From: a virus
Taxonomy: Duplodnaviria > Caudoviricetes
Length of the DNA stretch: 28,016 nucleotides
Strand: one strand, 5' to 3'
Virus record (IMG/VR): IMGVR_UViG_3300048852_000114
Span: 1 to 28,016 of that record
Below are positions 6,622 through 15,223 of this stretch, piece by piece. Each line of letters starts with the position of its first letter. Position 1 is the stretch's first letter. A program made the position numbers and the translations under genes. The notes beneath the pieces are model-generated. The model made no database searches, was not told the origin of the DNA, and saw only the letters and a program-made list of their open reading frames with translations.

Positions 6622-7304
6622 CAAAAGGCACCAAGTCAAATCCGCGGCCGGCAGCAATTCGTATCATGAGCGGTAAGCGGATAGATCTGAACGATTTGCG
6701 GCGCCGCAGGGACGCGAATGCGGCAGCCCGAGCAATCGCCCCTTCAATTGAGGACACGCGTGTTGCCGACGCTTGGCAGCGAGAGGAAGCCCGCGCCGAG
6801 CACCAGCGCCAAACTGAGCCAGAAAGGAAGCGCATTACGAAGCTTTTGCAGCAAGACGGCGGGAAGAGCGGAACGAAGATTGCTCGCGTAAAGATTGCCG
6901 TATCGGCCGAACGAAAGGACCGGCAAAATTTCCGCAGTCGTCCGGGAACCTTCGAATGGCGATATGGCCGTAACAAGCAGGATGCTTTGTTCCACGCGGG
7001 CTCATTTCTCGCTCAGCTTTGGGAGCGGGCCGGAATCACTGTGGCGAGCCCCGCCGACTTCCTGCGCGGCACGCGCTCAGGATACGCCACAGGGATTGCA
7101 GAGGGGCGCGTTGTGGCGATCGATAAGCTGAAAGGCTTTCGCAATACCCTAGGGACAGTCCCATCCTCCCAACTTGTCGACTATTGCGTGGTAGGGCTCA
7201 CTGCTACGGAATTGGCGCACAAATATGGCATCGGACCTCGTGACATGGCCGCTGTCTTGCACCATCACCTCATAATTTGCGCGAAGCACTTCGGAATTAT
7301 GTAA
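6618..7304 (+). CDS. Late transcription regulator, DUF6456 (GafA/GafZ)-like antiterminator/activator
   Basis: C-terminal FHAGSFLAQLWERAG...TLG....QLVDYCVVG...ELA...G....VLHHHL..CAKHFG follows the DUF6456 pattern; occupies the lambda Q position before a promoter/terminator. Confidence 0.68.
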   Translation: MTKGTKSNPRPAAIRIMSGKRIDLNDLRRRRDANAAARAIAPSIEDTRVADAWQREEARAEHQRQTEPERKRITKLLQQDGGKSGTKIARVKIAVSAERKDRQNFRSRPGTFEWRYGRNKQDALFHAGSFLAQLWERAGITVASPADFLRGTRSGYATGIAEGRVVAIDKLKGFRNTLGTVPSSQLVDYCVVGLTATELAHKYGIGPRDMAAVLHHHLIICAKHFGIM

Positions 7305-7324
7305 TCTTATGCGTAGAATGTGCA

Positions 7325-7355
7325 TTTACTTTCGTCGCGAAACCCCCTATGTAAT
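7325..7355 (+). promoter_or_regulatory. Putative late promoter (pR'-like)
   Basis: TTTACT (7325-7330), 17 nt, then TATGTAAT (7348-7355); the spacer carries a TTTCG-TCG-CGAAA dyad. Confidence 0.5.
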
Positions 7356-7377
7356 TCTTATTCGCAGAGATGCGCCT

Positions 7378-7410
7378 AAAGCCCGCGAGAGTGGTCGCGG
7401 GTTTTTTATT
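7378..7410 (+). terminator. Intrinsic terminator (tR'-like) ahead of the late operon
   Basis: AAA-GCCCGCGA-gagtgg-TCGCGGGT-TTTTTATT hairpin with U-tract. Confidence 0.85.
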
Positions 7411-7422
7411 GGGATGTTCACC

Positions 7423-7830
7423 ATGGCCCGACCCAGTTCCAGGCCGGAAGCTGAGGGCTATCGCCATCTCTACAAGGATCATCGCTGGTGCGGCCCTGGA
7501 GGGATCAGATATCAGGCCTTAGTGCGAGATCTGTTCACCTGTCGGCGGTGCGGCTGCTTCCTAAACACCAGCAACCGGCATCATTCGCAAGCGGCCGTGG
7601 TCAATCACAAGCGACCGCACAAGGGCGATCCTGCCCTGTTCTTCGATCTGGAGAACACGGAAAGCGTATGCAAGGCCGACCACGACGCTCTGATCCAGCG
7701 TGAGGAACGGCGAGGCTACACGATTGGGTCGGATATTAACGGCAAGCCGATCGACCCGCAGCATCCCTGGAACCGCTTCAGTGAGCGGCAGCCAGTTTTG
7801 GATCAACAGAAAATTTGCAACCAGGACTAG
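7423..7830 (+). CDS. Phage packaging-associated HNH endonuclease (HK97 gp74-like)
   Basis: RDLFTCRRCG...VVNHKRPHKGDPALFFDLENTESVCKADHD...G.PIDPQHPWN; start placed at ATG 7423 (7414 possible), downstream of the terminator. Confidence 0.88.
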   Translation: MARPSSRPEAEGYRHLYKDHRWCGPGGIRYQALVRDLFTCRRCGCFLNTSNRHHSQAAVVNHKRPHKGDPALFFDLENTESVCKADHDALIQREERRGYTIGSDINGKPIDPQHPWNRFSERQPVLDQQKICNQD

Positions 7831-7881
7831 ACTCTACCCCTGTGCTTCGCTTTCTTCGAGCGGGTGCAGGGGGGAATTTTT

Positions 7882-8790
7882 TTGAATAAGATTGCGCACT
7901 ACAGACGGGCGCTTTGGCTGAAGCCTGGCGGCCCCACTCTTGAATCCGTGCTGAAGCTTGCATTGCGCCAATGCCCGACCCCAGCTTCCACGAAATTCGA
8001 GTATAAGTCGGATTCCGATGCTCACATCGCCGATAGATCTCGCGTAGGAACCGGTATCTTTCTCACGGTTTACAAGGAAGGTCGCCCAGCCGGTACGATC
8101 GAAAGCGGTGGGCGTACTGTCAGACGTCGAAGAGCCCCAAAAGGCGAAGAATTCCTTCGCACAGGTATCTACCTGACAGTTGTGGGCAACCACGTCGGCT
8201 ACGTGGCGGATGGTCATACAAACGACGGGCAAATCACTGGCCTGTTGCACAAGTTTCTCGAGCACGCAGGTCGACCGGACCACGAGACTCAGTTTGCGCT
8301 TCACGCGCGTGGTGATCGGAAGCAGATACGAAAGCTATTGAAGGCTGGCGTTAAGTCAGTTGATCTGGGACTGTCCGCTTTCCTAACCACGGTTAAGGAT
8401 GCAAACTCCGATGGAGGCTCGTCGCCTTTCGCTGATGCCTTCGGCTCGGTATGGAAAGCGATAAAGGCGGTGGGGGCTGCCTCCCCAAATGCGGCCGAGT
8501 TGGATGCACTGAGCGAAATTGAGGCAACCGTCCACCTTGGCTACGACGGGCGCACTGCCAACCAATTGGTACCGCAAATGCTGTCCAAGATCGCCGCTGG
8601 GGTGGCCACCTCGACAGACGAGTTTCGAATTCTCACCCGAGACGGGAACCTCATTACCAGGACGGATTTGGTAATCAAAAGAGAGGTTAGTATCGCAGGT
8701 GATGAAGTGGCACTGGACACGGCTAGCGCATTTTCGATCCTCTCGGGAGTGATGAAAGAATGGAAAGCAGCTGGCGTGTTCGACTACTGA
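7882..8790 (+). CDS. Soluble 302-aa protein of an inserted cassette (candidate RexA/DUF4747-like)
   Basis: TTG start with AGGGGGGA RBS; alpha/beta pattern, no TM segment; more A/T-ending codons than the head genes; overlaps the TM gene. Family assignment is inference. Confidence 0.7.
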   Translation: MNKIAHYRRALWLKPGGPTLESVLKLALRQCPTPASTKFEYKSDSDAHIADRSRVGTGIFLTVYKEGRPAGTIESGGRTVRRRRAPKGEEFLRTGIYLTVVGNHVGYVADGHTNDGQITGLLHKFLEHAGRPDHETQFALHARGDRKQIRKLLKAGVKSVDLGLSAFLTTVKDANSDGGSSPFADAFGSVWKAIKAVGAASPNAAELDALSEIEATVHLGYDGRTANQLVPQMLSKIAAGVATSTDEFRILTRDGNLITRTDLVIKREVSIAGDEVALDTASAFSILSGVMKEWKAAGVFDY

Positions 8791-9260
8791 CCATTCGCAA
8801 TTGGGTCTTCATTGCTGTTTCGGTGCTGGCTTCGATCAAAGCGGGAATGGCCTCTGGAGATTTGCTCGCTGCGTCTGATGCCGCCCTTGAAGGCATTCTA
8901 AGCGTGTTTTCGATATTGGCAGGCGTCCTTGTCGCTGTGATCTCCATCATTGGGGATCCGTCAATGCTTCTAACCGGGAACTGGCGGCTGGGTTATGTTC
9001 ATGCGGAGCAAATCCAGATTCGATTGGCACGCTATGCCCATGTCATTTTCATCTATTTTCTGGTCCTAATCTTGGTGCTCGTATGCATGGTGATAAAGGA
9101 CAGCAAGATCACGGGACTTGATTTCACTTTCCAGGTCCTGACCGGCCTGACTGTGTTCGCCCTGTTGGTATCTCTACCTATTCCTTACGGCCTAATGAGC
9201 ATCCAGAGGGAGCGCATGGCCGAAGAGGTGAAGCGCCGGAAGGCCACACCGCAAGGCTAG
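8760..9260 (+). CDS. Four-TM membrane protein of the inserted cassette (candidate RexB-like)
   Basis: Four hydrophobic stretches: WVFIAVSVLASI, ILSVFSILAGVLVAVISIIG, VIFIYFLVLILVLVCMVI, FQVLTGLTVFALLVSLPIPYGLM; charged C-terminal tail. Confidence 0.75.
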   Translation: MESSWRVRLLTIRNWVFIAVSVLASIKAGMASGDLLAASDAALEGILSVFSILAGVLVAVISIIGDPSMLLTGNWRLGYVHAEQIQIRLARYAHVIFIYFLVLILVLVCMVIKDSKITGLDFTFQVLTGLTVFALLVSLPIPYGLMSIQRERMAEEVKRRKATPQG

Positions 9261-9269
9261 GTTAATCTA

Positions 9270-9360
9270 GGGGGTGGGTCGAAGGTGTGGGCAAATCGCC
9301 CCCAAGACCCGCGCCCCCCCTCCGAATTCACCGAGACCGATTTCAAACATAAAAGTTGAG
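9270..9360. other. Putative cos / packaging region
   Basis: Non-coding gap before terS with GGGGGTGGGTC ... GACCCGCGCCCCCCC imperfect inverted repeat; typical position in HNH-terS-terL cos phages. The exact cut site cannot be determined. Confidence 0.5.
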
Positions 9361-9386
9361 GGCATCCCCGTAGGGGATGACGTGTC

Positions 9387-9827
9387 ATGAGCGTGGTCGG
9401 AATCGACGGCACTGGCGCCATTGTCGTCGAGCCTGATTGGGAATCGCTGTTTTCCGACGTGCTGGAGATCGCGTCTGCCAAAGAGCACTGGCGCATCATC
9501 ACGTCTGAACTGAAGGATCGGCAATTGTTGGCGGCCGCGAACGGCCATTCCATCCAGCGCCTGGTCTGCGCCTACCTGATGTTCGACCGCATGTATCGGG
9601 AAGTTGCCGGGAATGGCGTAGTTTCCAAGCCTCGCCGTGGGAACTCCAAGGCCATTGCGAGGGTGAGTCCATATTTCACGGCCATGCGGGAGGCTGGTTC
9701 GGACGCAGCTGCGCTGGAGGCCGAGCTAGGCATCTCGCCGCGGCGTCGCGGTTCGGCGACCAAGGCAGAACGCAAGCAGCGCCGCGAACGGGCATCTGAT
9801 GGCTATCTCGGCAAGGCCCACGGCTGA
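9387..9827 (+). CDS. terS: Terminase small subunit (P27 family)
   Basis: AKEHWRIITSEL...VSPYF....ELGISPRRRG pattern; directly upstream of terL. Confidence 0.9.
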   Translation: MSVVGIDGTGAIVVEPDWESLFSDVLEIASAKEHWRIITSELKDRQLLAAANGHSIQRLVCAYLMFDRMYREVAGNGVVSKPRRGNSKAIARVSPYFTAMREAGSDAAALEAELGISPRRRGSATKAERKQRRERASDGYLGKAHG

Positions 9828-11631
9828 CGACCTCGCCACGCTCTATGCCTGCGATGTGCTGGACGGAAAAGTTGTAGCTGGCGAACTGGTCAAGGCGGCC
9901 TGCGCCCGCCACCTGAAAGACCTCGATAGCGGATCGGCACGCGGCCTTTCCTTCGAAGTGGCCAAGGCAAAACATCATTGCGGGTTCTTCCCTGCCGTTC
10001 TCACGGTGACGGAAGGGACAGCGGCAGGAAAGCCTTTCGACCTGTTGCCGTGGCATGGGTTCGTTGTGGCCTCCCTGTTCGGCTGGCAGCGCTCGGACGG
10101 GCTTCGGCGCTTCCGTATGGCTTGGCTGGAAACCGGCAAAGGGCAGGCAAAGTCACCGCTCATGGCCGGCATCGGCGTGGACATGATGGGATTTGCAGGC
10201 AAGGAGCGTTCCGAGGTCTACGCTATTGCCGGCGACAAGGATCAAGCCAACGTCCTGTTCAAGGATGCCGTAGCGATGTGCCGGGCGAACTTGCCGGATC
10301 GGGAGGAACACGAGTTCGAATCGCTGGAAAGCCGTGGCGATGTCGTCATACGCGGTACCGGCGATCACGCCTGGAAAATCGAGCACCCGGCGACAAGTTC
10401 AAAGTTCATGTCAATGGCGTCGGTGGATTCGATCTCCGGTCCTCGTCCTTACGCGGTATTGGCCGATGAGATCCACGAGTTCACGACCGCCTATGCCCTC
10501 CAGATCTGGAAGGCGGCGATCGACAAGATGAGCGGTGATCCGCTTATGGTTCTTGGTACCAACACGCCGGCCATCAGTCAGATTGTTGGCACCGAATATT
10601 CGGAACTGTTCCAGAAGGTGGTGACGGGCCAGGCTGAAGATGACAGCCTCTTTGGCTTCATCGCGCGGGTGGACGAGAAGGACCGCGAAAACGTCTTCGA
10701 CAATGAGGACTGCTGGCAAAAGGCATTGCCGGCCCTGGGCATCACCTATCCCGTCGACAACGTCCGCAAGCGGGTGAACACCGCCAAGCTGATGTTGTCG
10801 GAGGCGCTATCGACCAAGCGGCTTTATTTCGGCATTCCGGTCGGAACGGAAGGGTTCTGGACGACACAGGAGGCTTGGGAGAGCTGCCAGGGTACAGTGG
10901 ATGAGACGGCGATGGTTGGCCTGCCTTGCTGGCTCGGGCTCGATCTGTCGAAGAAGAACGACCTCACAGCCTTGTCGGCCTGCTGGCGCGGTGTGAAGGC
11001 CGGCAAGCCGCACCTGTTCGTCAAGACCTGGTACTTCACCACGAAGGCAGGCATCCATGATCGCAGCCGCGACGACAATGCGCCTTATGACCAGTGGGCT
11101 GAGAAGGGCCTGATCGAGGCAGTTCCTGGAGCCACCATTGATTACGAGTTCGTCGGCGCCAAAGTGAAGGCTCTTGCCGGCAAGCACGATATTCAGTTTC
11201 TGACCTTCGACCCGGCCAAGATCGGTGATTTCATTGACGCTTGTGGCCGGATCGACCTCCCGGTGTGGAAATTCGAGGGGCCGGACGAGCCGGAAGGGAT
11301 CGGGCTCAAGCTGGTCAGTCACGGTCAGGGTACGCGCATCGTGTTTGTCGAGCGGGCGCTATGCATGCCGAAGTCTATCGAGAAACTGGAAGACGCGATC
11401 CTCGACGGCAAAATCACTATCGACGCCAGTCCGGTGACGACAATGTGCGCCTCGAACGCGATCATCGTCGCTGACCCGATGAACAATCGGGCTTTCGACA
11501 AGCGCCGCTCACGGGGGCGGATCGACGGCATGGTGTCCATCGCCGAGGCGACGGGAGCGGCGCACAATGAGTTTGCAGCGCAACCTTCGTCCCCTTGGGA
11601 TGATCCGAACTTCAAATATCAGGCGGCGTGA
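9799..11631 (+). CDS. terL: Terminase large subunit
   Basis: FDLLPWH, Walker A ETGKGQAKS, Walker B VLADEIHE, nuclease motifs LGLDLS and RIDGMVS. Confidence 0.96.
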   Translation: MAISARPTADDLATLYACDVLDGKVVAGELVKAACARHLKDLDSGSARGLSFEVAKAKHHCGFFPAVLTVTEGTAAGKPFDLLPWHGFVVASLFGWQRSDGLRRFRMAWLETGKGQAKSPLMAGIGVDMMGFAGKERSEVYAIAGDKDQANVLFKDAVAMCRANLPDREEHEFESLESRGDVVIRGTGDHAWKIEHPATSSKFMSMASVDSISGPRPYAVLADEIHEFTTAYALQIWKAAIDKMSGDPLMVLGTNTPAISQIVGTEYSELFQKVVTGQAEDDSLFGFIARVDEKDRENVFDNEDCWQKALPALGITYPVDNVRKRVNTAKLMLSEALSTKRLYFGIPVGTEGFWTTQEAWESCQGTVDETAMVGLPCWLGLDLSKKNDLTALSACWRGVKAGKPHLFVKTWYFTTKAGIHDRSRDDNAPYDQWAEKGLIEAVPGATIDYEFVGAKVKALAGKHDIQFLTFDPAKIGDFIDACGRIDLPVWKFEGPDEPEGIGLKLVSHGQGTRIVFVERALCMPKSIEKLEDAILDGKITIDASPVTTMCASNAIIVADPMNNRAFDKRRSRGRIDGMVSIAEATGAAHNEFAAQPSSPWDDPNFKYQAA

Positions 11632-12956
11632 TGGGCATTTTCGGACCAAGCCGGCGCAGCATCGAGGCTGCCGTCGAGACCGCTGTTGCGACTGCGCTGG
11701 ACAAGCGCGCATCGATCGAGGACCCGAAGGTTCCGATCTCGTCGGCGAACATCGTGGAATTTCTCGGCCTGCATGGCATTTCCGCCAGCGGTAAGAAGGT
11801 GACGATCGACAGCGCCTTGGGCGTTCCGGCGGTATGGGCCGCGGTGAACTTCCTGTCGGGCACACTCGCCGGCCTGCCTTGCACGCTCTATCGGCGGACG
11901 AAGAGCGGCCGGGAGAAGGCCACGGGCAGTCTCGCCACGATCCTTCACGACGCGGTCAACGACGAGACGTCGTCCTTCGACTGGCGGAAGTCTTTCTTCG
12001 ACGCGACGTTCACCGGTGGACGCGGGCTGACCTTCATCGAGCGCAACGCGACCGACCGGGTGCTAAACCTCTGGCCCCTGGACCCGACCAGAGCGACCGT
12101 CAAGCGCATCGACGGCAGGAAACTATATGAGTACCGCGACGGCCGGCAAACCCACACCTACGCCGCCGCCGAGATCATCGACATGGCGTATATGCTGCAC
12201 AGCGACGGGCTGCGGCATCGCTCACCGATCCTAACCAACAAGGAGGTTATCGGTCTCGCGCTGGCGGTGACCGACTACGGGGCCAAATTCTTCAACAATG
12301 GCGGTGTGCCGCCCTTCGTGCTCACCGGCCCGTTCGGCTCCCCCGGGGCCCTGACACGATCCTCAGCGGACATGGAGCAGGCCGTCAAAGAGGCGGCGGA
12401 GAAGCGCAAGCTCGCCCTGTCGCTTCCGAGCGGCCATGACATCAAGTCCATCGGCGCCGATCCGGAAAAGTCGCAGCTCGTCGAGCTCCAGCGCTTTATC
12501 ATTGAGCAGATTGCCCGGATCTACTCGCTGCCGCCGGTCTTCCTGCAGGACCTGACCCACGGCACCTTTTCCAACACCGAACAGCAGGACCTGCACCTGA
12601 CCAAGCATACGCTGACCAGGTTGGCGAAGCAGTTCGAGCAGGAGCTAAACCTGAAGCTGTTCGGACGCGCCAGCAATCGGCAATACGTCGAGCTCAATCT
12701 CGACGGCCTGCTCCGCGGCGACTTCAAGAGCCGGATGGAAGGCAACGCCCGCGCGATCCAGACCGGCCAGCTCACGCCGGACGAGGCACGCGAGATGGAG
12801 AACCGGCCGGCGATGGGCGGCGCGGCCGCAACGCTTCACATGCAGGGCGCCATGATGCCGATCGACAAGCTCGGCCAGCAGCCGGCGCGCGGCATCGGCG
12901 ACAATGGCGGGCCCCCGCTCGACGATCAGCAACAGGAAGACGGCAATGGAAATTGA
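11631..12956 (+). CDS. Portal protein, HK97 family
   Basis: ALGVPAVWAAVNFLSGTLAGLP, FFNNGG, IARIYSLPP, TFSNTEQQ, LLRGDFKSR, TPDEAREMENRP; TGATG overlap with terL (GTG 11628 is the alternative start). Confidence 0.96.
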   Translation: MGIFGPSRRSIEAAVETAVATALDKRASIEDPKVPISSANIVEFLGLHGISASGKKVTIDSALGVPAVWAAVNFLSGTLAGLPCTLYRRTKSGREKATGSLATILHDAVNDETSSFDWRKSFFDATFTGGRGLTFIERNATDRVLNLWPLDPTRATVKRIDGRKLYEYRDGRQTHTYAAAEIIDMAYMLHSDGLRHRSPILTNKEVIGLALAVTDYGAKFFNNGGVPPFVLTGPFGSPGALTRSSADMEQAVKEAAEKRKLALSLPSGHDIKSIGADPEKSQLVELQRFIIEQIARIYSLPPVFLQDLTHGTFSNTEQQDLHLTKHTLTRLAKQFEQELNLKLFGRASNRQYVELNLDGLLRGDFKSRMEGNARAIQTGQLTPDEAREMENRPAMGGAAATLHMQGAMMPIDKLGQQPARGIGDNGGPPLDDQQQEDGNGN

Positions 12957-13536
12957 ACGGCGTGGTGGCATCCCGGCCGAGATCAGGGCCGACGACGAAG
13001 GGGTGAAGGTTGCCGGCTATGCGGCGGTGTTCAACCAAGTGACGGATATCGGCGATTACTTCCGCGAAGTGTTCCTTCCCGGCGCCTTCGACAAGTCGAT
13101 GGCCAAGGACGACGTGTCGTTCCTGATCCAGCATCGTGACCTGCCGCTGGCGCGCACCCGCTCCGGCACGCTGAAGCTCGCCAGCGATGCGCACGGGGTC
13201 AGGATGGAAAGCACGCTGGACGCGGCCGATCCCGACGTCGCCCGCATTGTACCGAAAATGAAACGCGGTGACCTCGACAAGATGTCGATCGCGTTCCGGG
13301 CGGTGAAGGAGCGTTGGGACGATACTCAGGATCCGCCTTTACGCACTGTCGAGGAAGCCATCCTTTACGATGTCTCGATTGTCACCGATCCAGCCTACCA
13401 GGGGACAGAGATCGGCCTGCGCTCGCTCGAACGGCATCGTGAGCAGGCCCGCCGATCGCAGAACTTCCATGCGGCGCAGCAGCGTATCCGCATGAAGATG
13501 AACCTCGCGCTGAACGAGCGAGAGAACGGCAAGTAG
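12946..13536 (+). CDS. Prohead protease, HK97 family
   Basis: GYAAVFN, E...PGAF, LIQH...PLART.SGTL, MSIAF, LYDVSIVTDPAY; start at ATG 12946 after AGGA. Confidence 0.95.
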   Translation: MEIERRGGIPAEIRADDEGVKVAGYAAVFNQVTDIGDYFREVFLPGAFDKSMAKDDVSFLIQHRDLPLARTRSGTLKLASDAHGVRMESTLDAADPDVARIVPKMKRGDLDKMSIAFRAVKERWDDTQDPPLRTVEEAILYDVSIVTDPAYQGTEIGLRSLERHREQARRSQNFHAAQQRIRMKMNLALNERENGK

Positions 13537-13580
13537 CGCCTGCTGCTGCCTATCCACGTCACCAACCGAAAGGAAAGATC

Positions 13581-14861
13581 ATGACCGCACAGCTCAAGGA
13601 GCTGCGCGAGCAGCAGGCTCGTATCGCCACCAACGCTCGCGCCAAGTTCGAAGAGATCAAGGATGACACGCCGGCGGAACGCGCCGCGGAGATCGAGCGC
13701 GAGTTCGACGCCATGATGGCGGAATATGATGCCCTCGGCGCCAAGATGGAGCGCCTGAAGAAGCTCGAGGAAGCCGAGGCCCGCTCCAACACTCCCGATC
13801 CGCGCCGGCCGAAAGGCGATACTGTCCAGCAGCGTGGTGCCGGCGATGAGGATCAGACACCCAAGTACGACGATGTCTTCGCCAAGGCGGTCCGCTTCGG
13901 TGCTGCCACGCTCGACGTCGAGGAACGCTCGATCTTGATAACTGGTCGCGCCGACGTGCCGGCCGAACTTCGTGCCCAGTCAGTCGGAACCGATACCGCT
14001 GGGGGTTACACGGTGCCGGAAGGCTTCTCGGGCGAGATCGACAAGGCAGTGAAGGCCTGGGGCCCGATGTGGGACACGGAAATCGTTCGCGAACTCAACA
14101 CCGCGACCGGCAATGACCTGCCGTGGCCGACTGTCGACGACACTGCCCAGGAAGGCGAGGACAAGGCGGAGAATGAGCCCGCTACCGACGACAGCTCCGG
14201 CGATGTCACCTTCGGCCGAGCCGTGCTCAAGGCTTACATGGTCGACACCAAGATTGTCCGCATTCCGTACGAGCTGCTTCAGGACTCGGCGTTCGATATG
14301 GAGTCCCTGCTGACCGACCTGTTCGGTGAGCGTCTCGGTCGTCGCGCCAACAAGCAGCTCACCGTCGGCACCGGCAGCAACCAGCCCACGGGCATCGTGA
14401 CTGCCTCCGGCCTCGGCAAGACCGCGGCGTCGGCAACGGCTCTGGCGTCCGACGAGCTGGTCGACTTGGTGCACTCCGTCGATCCGGCCTATCGCGCGTC
14501 GCCGAAGTGCCGGTGGCAGTTCAACGACACCACCCTCGCCTCGATCCGTAAACTGAAGGACGGCCAGGGCAATTATCTTTGGCAAATGGGCGACGTCCGC
14601 ACCGGCGAACCCGATCGGCTCCTCGCCCATCCCTACTCGGTCAACCAGGCGATGGCGAACATCGCAGCGAGCGCCAAGCCGATCATCTTCGGTGACCACA
14701 GCCGCTACGTCGTGCGCAAGGTTCGCGGCTTCACCGTCCTCACCTTGCGCGAGCGTTATGCCGAGAATTTCCAGATCGGCATGATCGGCTTCAAACGGTT
14801 CGACGGCGCCTTGCTCAACAACAAAGCCGTCAAGCATCTCGCCATGGCTTCTGGAGCGTAG
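13581..14861 (+). CDS. Major capsid protein, HK97 fold with N-terminal delta/scaffold coiled coil
   Basis: GGYTVPE, ELLQDS, KLKDGQGNYLW, IIFGDHSRY, RFDGAL; AAAGGA RBS. Confidence 0.96.
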   Translation: MTAQLKELREQQARIATNARAKFEEIKDDTPAERAAEIEREFDAMMAEYDALGAKMERLKKLEEAEARSNTPDPRRPKGDTVQQRGAGDEDQTPKYDDVFAKAVRFGAATLDVEERSILITGRADVPAELRAQSVGTDTAGGYTVPEGFSGEIDKAVKAWGPMWDTEIVRELNTATGNDLPWPTVDDTAQEGEDKAENEPATDDSSGDVTFGRAVLKAYMVDTKIVRIPYELLQDSAFDMESLLTDLFGERLGRRANKQLTVGTGSNQPTGIVTASGLGKTAASATALASDELVDLVHSVDPAYRASPKCRWQFNDTTLASIRKLKDGQGNYLWQMGDVRTGEPDRLLAHPYSVNQAMANIAASAKPIIFGDHSRYVVRKVRGFTVLTLRERYAENFQIGMIGFKRFDGALLNNKAVKHLAMASGA

Positions 14862-14904
14862 GGCTTCGGCTTTGCAAGGCGGGTGGCTTCGGTCACCCGC
14901 TCTC
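14860..14904 (+). terminator. Tandem cUUCGg hairpins after the capsid gene (attenuator / mRNA stabiliser)
   Basis: AGGGC-TTCG-GCTTT (14860-14873) and GCGGGTGGC-TTCG-GTCACCCGC (14879-14900); weak U-tract. Confidence 0.6.
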
Positions 14905-14924
14905 AAAATCGAAGGAGCGACGTC

Positions 14925-15221
14925 ATGAAAATCAAGATGCTGACCAGCATGTCCGGCCCGACCACTCAGCGGAACAGGGGGGACGAAATCGACGTGTCGG
15001 CGGCCGAGGGCGGCCGACTTATCAAGGCGGGCTTTGCTGAGTCTGTCCGGAACATGCCTCGCGAGAAGGCGACCGGCCGCGCGCCGCGCGAGACGACAAC
15101 CGCGGAGCCTTCCTCTGAGGGTGATGAACCACCTGCGACCGAGGAAACGGCAGACCCCGCAGCATCTCATCCCGACGGCCAAAGCGATGCTGCCCAAGCA
15201 GGCGATGGAAGCGGCGAATAG
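14925..15221 (+). CDS. Small post-capsid hypothetical protein with acidic disordered tail
   Basis: AAGGAG RBS; MKIKML....GDEIDV...GRLIKAGFAE, a type commonly seen after HK97 capsid genes. Confidence 0.8.
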   Translation: MKIKMLTSMSGPTTQRNRGDEIDVSAAEGGRLIKAGFAESVRNMPREKATGRAPRETTTAEPSSEGDEPPATEETADPAASHPDGQSDAAQAGDGSGE

Positions 15222-15223
15222 TC

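Noticed and set aside
7309-7422. Long N-terminal extension of the HNH ORF
   Set aside because: Runs through the promoter and terminator; the start is more plausibly 7414 or 7423.
7795-7860. Dedicated promoter for the two-gene cassette (TTGCAA, TAGACT hexamers)
   Set aside because: The hexamers are not at a usable spacing; a promoter may exist but cannot be placed from sequence.
8760-9260. Holin
   Set aside because: No adjacent endolysin or spanin; overlaps a soluble non-lytic partner within an inserted cassette.
13980-15197. 405-aa minus-strand ORF (likewise 16217-17302, 21669-22988, 23064-24086)
   Set aside because: Antisense to clear structural genes; long shadow ORFs are expected in high-GC coding DNA.
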